From positions 64,001-128,000 of the forward strand of contig CAWGZR010000005.1 of NCBI GenBank assembly GCA_963827165.1: DNA of 64,000 nucleotides, given 5' to 3'. Numbering within the stretch: the stretch's first letter is position 1; each line of letters opens with the position of its first letter. The DNA comes from Candidatus Bathyarchaeota archaeon (GTDB taxonomy: Archaea; Thermoproteota; Bathyarchaeia; Bathyarchaeales; Bathycorpusculaceae). The translations under genes and the position numbers were made by a program. This document shows, piece by piece, positions 59,685 to 64,000 of the stretch. The notes beneath the pieces were generated by a model. That model saw only the letters and a program-made list of their open reading frames with translations, made no database searches and was not told the DNA's origin.

Positions 59685-60722
59685 ATGGTAAGATTTAGTG
59701 GGTGTTATACAGCATTGATTACTCCAATGACTCCCGATATTCAAGTCGACTATGAGGGACTCAGCCAACTAGTGGATTTCCAAATAGAACAAGGTGCAAA
59801 AGGAATACTTGCCGTCGGCACAACTGGCGAAAGCCCTACTTTGGATTGGAGTGAGCACAATCGGGTAATCGAAAAAATACATGAGTACACAAACCCAAAG
59901 GGTTTGACCATCGCTGGAACCGGAAGCAACTCGACCCAAGAAGCCATCGAAGGCACCGAACATGCAAAGCGCACAGGCGTAAACTGTGTTCTGCTTGTAG
60001 ACCCATATTATAATGGTCCAAGTTCTCTGGAAATACGAAGGGAGTATATTGAACCGATTGCCAAGCAGTTTCCAGACGTTCAAATTATCCCGTATATTAT
60101 TCCTGGCAGAACTGGAACCCAACTTTACCCTCAGGACCTCGCCATACTTCACCAACAGTACCCAAACGTCAGCTGCGTTAAGGAAGCAACCTGCGATTTG
60201 AAAAACGCTGAGTTAACGAGGAAGTTCTGCGGCGACGACTTTGACATCCTTTCAGGCGACGACGACAAAACGTACAACATGATGATTTCGCCAGACATTT
60301 CGGCAAGCGGCGTCATTTCAGTCGTGTCTAACGTTGCGCCAAGCTCCGTCGCAGATATGGTTCATTACTTGATAGACGGAAACGAGGAAGCTGCCAGCGC
60401 AATCGCGCAAGCACTCCAACCGCTATTTGACATGGTTACCGTCAAAACGCAGGAACCAACGCCTTACGGCGACGTCTCATGCAAAGCCCGCAATCCCTTA
60501 GCTTTCAAAACGTTGATGAATGTGTTAGGGATGCCTTCTGGCCCATGCAGGCAGCCGCTGGGGAAAATGACTCGCAACGGCTTGGAAGTGGTCTTGACAA
60601 ACGCTAGAAAAGTTTTAGAGAACACCCCTGAAGTGCTCAAGCCCATTACAGACTACTTTGATGTAGACTTGAAAGAACGATTATACAATGAACGTTACTT
60701 AGAGGGACTATTCTATGCTTAA
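59685..60722 (+). CDS. dapA: 4-hydroxy-tetrahydrodipicolinate synthase
   Basis: GTTGESPTL, PYYN, YIIPGRTG, VKEA, SGDD. Confidence 0.93.
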   Translation: MVRFSGCYTALITPMTPDIQVDYEGLSQLVDFQIEQGAKGILAVGTTGESPTLDWSEHNRVIEKIHEYTNPKGLTIAGTGSNSTQEAIEGTEHAKRTGVNCVLLVDPYYNGPSSLEIRREYIEPIAKQFPDVQIIPYIIPGRTGTQLYPQDLAILHQQYPNVSCVKEATCDLKNAELTRKFCGDDFDILSGDDDKTYNMMISPDISASGVISVVSNVAPSSVADMVHYLIDGNEEAASAIAQALQPLFDMVTVKTQEPTPYGDVSCKARNPLAFKTLMNVLGMPSGPCRQPLGKMTRNGLEVVLTNARKVLENTPEVLKPITDYFDVDLKERLYNERYLEGLFYA

Positions 60723-61509
60723 GCTCTGCGTAGCAGGCGCCGCAGGCAGAATGGGCAACGCCATCATAAATGAAGCAGTATCCCGAGGTCACCTGATAGT
60801 TGGAGCCATTGAAGCGCCAAATAATCCGAGCATCGGTAAAACTCTAAGAACATTGGGCTTTTTCAATTCTGAAACGCAGATTATGAGCTCTGACAAGTTG
60901 AAAGAGGCAGTTCAGGACGCCGACACATACATCAGTTTCACTTCGCCAGCCGCCGAAGTGGTTAACATTCCGATCGTGGCTGACCTTCGAAAACGTGTAA
61001 TCCTAGGCACCACAGGGTTCACGCCAGAACAGAATCGCCATGTGGTAAATGCGATAACGGGCAGGATTCCAGCAGTTTTTTCACCGAACTATTCTGTGGG
61101 CGTCAACATTCTCTTCAAACTCGCGGAATATTTGAAAGCGTTTCCAGAAGGCTACGACTTCAGCATAACCGAAATCCACCACACTGGCAAGAAGGATGCA
61201 CCAAGCGGCACCGCCAAAAAACTTGGCGAAATCATTGCAAACGCCCGTGGCTATAGCAAGGTTGTTTATGGACGAGAAGGCATGAGCCCACGTCAAGCTG
61301 GAGAACTTGAAATAACAGCGTTACGGGCAGGCGGAGTGCCAGGAATTCATGATTTAATCGTCGCTGGACCTTATGAAATGCTCCGAATCGAGCATACGGC
61401 GTTTTCGCGAAATGTGTTAGCGCAAGGCGCCATTTACGCAGCGGAATGGTTAAGCAGACAAACTGAACCAAAGGTCTACAGCATGGCTGACGTATTAGGC
61501 TTATCTTAA
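60715..61509 (+). CDS. dapB: 4-hydroxy-tetrahydrodipicolinate reductase
   Basis: GAAGRMG, GTTG, EIHHTGKKDAPSGTA. Confidence 0.95.
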   Translation: MLKLCVAGAAGRMGNAIINEAVSRGHLIVGAIEAPNNPSIGKTLRTLGFFNSETQIMSSDKLKEAVQDADTYISFTSPAAEVVNIPIVADLRKRVILGTTGFTPEQNRHVVNAITGRIPAVFSPNYSVGVNILFKLAEYLKAFPEGYDFSITEIHHTGKKDAPSGTAKKLGEIIANARGYSKVVYGREGMSPRQAGELEITALRAGGVPGIHDLIVAGPYEMLRIEHTAFSRNVLAQGAIYAAEWLSRQTEPKVYSMADVLGLS

Positions 61510-61521
61510 AGGTGAAGCAGC

Positions 61522-62691
61522 TTGGTCAGAGTTGTTGTAAAGTTCGGAGGGGCAGATTTATCTTCTGGCGAAAAAATTCAGCGGGCAGCCGAGCTGTTGA
61601 CAGATGCATGTTTTGAAGAGGTGGTTGTTGTGGTTTCGGCTATGGGTAAAACCACTGACAGCCTTACCCAAACAGTCTCTCAGATAGGGGTAAACGATGC
61701 TGAATGGGCAGAGATAATATCTACGGGTGAACGGACAAGCGCCCGAATTTTTTGCGCTGCGCTTAAGGCTCAAGGACTAGAGGCTGAAGTGTTCGACCCT
61801 GCATACGATAATTGGCCAATAATCACCGACTCAAACTTCCGTAATGCAAAACCTGACATGCAAAAAACCGAATCTTTGACCGCTCAGTTCCTAACTCCAC
61901 TCTTAGGCAAGGTCATTCCGGTAGTGTGTGGCTTTCTCGGAAAGGATCCTTACGGTAGAGTCACAACTCTTGGGAGAGGCGGAAGCGACACGACAGCAAT
62001 TCTGCTTGCAAGAAGCGTATTGGCTGATGAAATTATCCTTGTGAAAGAAACAAGCGGAGTTCTATCTGCAGATCCAAAGATAGTTCCTGTTGCAAGGTAC
62101 ATAGATAAGTTGGAAATACATGAAATGTTTGACTTAGCTCAGGGCGGCGCAAGAATCGTTAAGGCAGGATCCCTCAAATACAAACTGCCTAACCAAAAGC
62201 TAAGGATTGTCGATTTCAACTCCGGTGAGCTCGCAAGGGGCGGTACTGAAATTACAGGGTTCTTCAATCTTAATTCAGCTGAAACCTTAACGCAAAAGGA
62301 CTTAATCGCTGTGAGCATTGTCTGCGAAGTCAACGCTCAAAACATTAGGGATGTCTTTTCAGTGCTAAACGATAAGCCAGTTTACGGCATCAGTTCGGGA
62401 AGAAAATCGGTGACGGTCTTCACCACGAGCGACAACGTAGCGCAAACCCTAAACAGACTGCATGAGATAAGGGATTTCAAGGCCGTAAGCCATAGGGAAA
62501 ATGTTGGCATGATCCAAATCAGCGACCCAGACTTCATAGATTCACCAGGCGGCATCGCAAAAATCTCAAACGCTCTAAGCCAGGCAGGAATCAACATTAT
62601 AGAAGTCACAACCAGCAAAGCAACCATTAATGTTTTTATCGAAGAAAAAGAAATCACAAGGGCGAAGGAAGCAATAGAAAATGTCGTATAA
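61522..62691 (+). CDS. lysC: Aspartokinase
   Basis: KFGG, VVSAMG..TD, TLGRGGSD, ADPK, ACT domain. Confidence 0.92.
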   Translation: MVRVVVKFGGADLSSGEKIQRAAELLTDACFEEVVVVVSAMGKTTDSLTQTVSQIGVNDAEWAEIISTGERTSARIFCAALKAQGLEAEVFDPAYDNWPIITDSNFRNAKPDMQKTESLTAQFLTPLLGKVIPVVCGFLGKDPYGRVTTLGRGGSDTTAILLARSVLADEIILVKETSGVLSADPKIVPVARYIDKLEIHEMFDLAQGGARIVKAGSLKYKLPNQKLRIVDFNSGELARGGTEITGFFNLNSAETLTQKDLIAVSIVCEVNAQNIRDVFSVLNDKPVYGISSGRKSVTVFTTSDNVAQTLNRLHEIRDFKAVSHRENVGMIQISDPDFIDSPGGIAKISNALSQAGINIIEVTTSKATINVFIEEKEITRAKEAIENVV

Positions 62692-63739
62692 GCGTAAGGT
62701 AGCCGTCCTAGGCGCAACGGGAGCCGTAGGGCAAAGGTTCATTCAGCTACTGCAGGGACACCCGTGGTTCCAAATTGAAGTGCTTGCTGCTTCGGAGCGG
62801 TCGGCAGGCAAGAAATACGGTGAAGCCTGCAACTGGGTCATGGAGACGAATTTGCCTAAAGAAATAGCGGAGATGCCGGTAGCAAATGCTGACGTTGAGT
62901 CCGTTGAGAAGGCAGGTGATGTTGACTTAGTGTTTTCTTCATTGCCAGGCGATTTGGCCGGTCCAGTTGAATCGCAGTTTGCGGCGCTTTACCCGGTATT
63001 CAGCAAGGCAAGTGCCCACAGAATGGAGAAAGATGTTCCGCTGCTCATCCCGGAAATTAACTCAGATCACGCAGATTTAATTAAGGTTCAACAGAGGATG
63101 CGAGGCTGGAAAGGATTCATATCGACTGATCCAAACTGCAGTACCATCCAGCTTGCGATCACCCTAAAACCCTTAACAAAATTCGGCTTAAACCAAATAA
63201 TTGTTTCAACGATGCAAGCTCTCAGCGGCGCAGGATACCCAGGGGTGGCTTCACTTGACATAATTGACAATGTGGTTCCCTTCATTTCAGGTGAAGAAGA
63301 AAAAATGGAAGCGGAAGCGCTAAAGATACTTGGCACATTTGATGGCAAAGCAGTGCAGAATGCCGATTTCAAACTTAGCGCAAGCTGCAACCGCGTTAAT
63401 GTGAAAGATGGACATTTAGAATCAGTCTTCATAAAGACCGAATGTGATCCCTCAGTAGAAGAAATTGAGGCGGCATTTAGCGCCTTTAAGGGCGAGCCCC
63501 AAAAACTCAAGTTGCCCTCAGCGCCAAAGCAGCCGATCGTTGTGCGGCACGAAAAGAACAGGCCTCAACCGAGGTTCGACCGTGACACAGGTTACGGAAT
63601 GAGCGTTGTTGTCGGTAGGATACGCAAGGATCCGATAATGACTTTCAAGTACATGTGTCTGGGGCACAACACGGTGCGCGGGGGAGCAGGTGCAGGAATC
63701 TTAAGCGCTGAGCTCTATGTTGCTAAAGGCTTAGCGTAA
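62681..63739 (+). CDS. asd: Aspartate-semialdehyde dehydrogenase
   Basis: GATGAVGQ, PNCST, QALSGAG, HNTVRGGAG. Confidence 0.96.
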   Translation: MSYKRKVAVLGATGAVGQRFIQLLQGHPWFQIEVLAASERSAGKKYGEACNWVMETNLPKEIAEMPVANADVESVEKAGDVDLVFSSLPGDLAGPVESQFAALYPVFSKASAHRMEKDVPLLIPEINSDHADLIKVQQRMRGWKGFISTDPNCSTIQLAITLKPLTKFGLNQIIVSTMQALSGAGYPGVASLDIIDNVVPFISGEEEKMEAEALKILGTFDGKAVQNADFKLSASCNRVNVKDGHLESVFIKTECDPSVEEIEAAFSAFKGEPQKLKLPSAPKQPIVVRHEKNRPQPRFDRDTGYGMSVVVGRIRKDPIMTFKYMCLGHNTVRGGAGAGILSAELYVAKGLA

Positions 63740-63779
63740 AGCCTCTGGAAGGTATTGATGCGTAAATCGGGTGTGAAGG

Positions 63780-64000
63780 ATGGTCAAGGCAAAAAGATTT
63801 CGTGAGCCATTGGAAAACCGAAAAGGAAGCTTATTCTTTGAGGGCGTTTCAGTTAAAGAGTTAGCACAGAAATTCGATACACCACTATATGTGGTAAGTG
63901 AGAAACGCATCAGAGACAATTATAATCGGCTCGTCGACGCCTTAGTTAGCAACTACAAGTATCTAAGGGTCTACTACGCAGCAAAAGCCAACTCTAACCT
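63780..64000 (+). CDS. lysA: Diaminopimelate decarboxylase (3' truncated by window edge)
   Basis: MVKAKRF...FDTPLYV...YYAAKANSN (PLP Lys); open to window end; lysine operon context. Confidence 0.88.
   Translation, partial: MVKAKRFREPLENRKGSLFFEGVSVKELAQKFDTPLYVVSEKRIRDNYNRLVDALVSNYKYLRVYYAAKANSN

Overview
Archaeal chromosomal window, most consistent with Bathyarchaeia (inference from gene repertoire, frequent TTG/GTG starts and large secreted beta-propeller/beta-helix proteins; not verified by search). Housekeeping content includes ABCE1, Topo VI, aIF5B, enolase-uS2-MEMO, a dispersed Aeropyrum-type mevalonate/isoprenoid cluster (mvk, UbiD-type decarboxylase, aconitase-X dehydratase subunits, ipk, fni, GGPP synthase), gltX, SRP19, smc-scpAB, aspS, alba, tfb, ribosomal proteins and a dapA-dapB-lysC-asd-lysA operon. 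A fluoride riboswitch precedes crcB. The main accessory feature is an AT-rich ~9-10 kb integrated element (~36.1/37.2-46.2 kb) with a tyrosine recombinase, two ParB-N proteins, many small Zn-finger genes and a broken terminase large subunit, but no portal or capsid gene. Inside it are five related ~34-bp palindromic sites with loxP-like 13-8-13 architecture. Two are inverted with identical 8-bp cores (candidate invertible segment). Two are direct and bracket a Zn-ribbon + ParB cassette. Both direct sites are followed by a shared operator motif and a paralogous unannotated InsA-like Zn-ribbon microprotein. Two candidate structured ncRNAs and a phased-repeat intergenic region are also reported.
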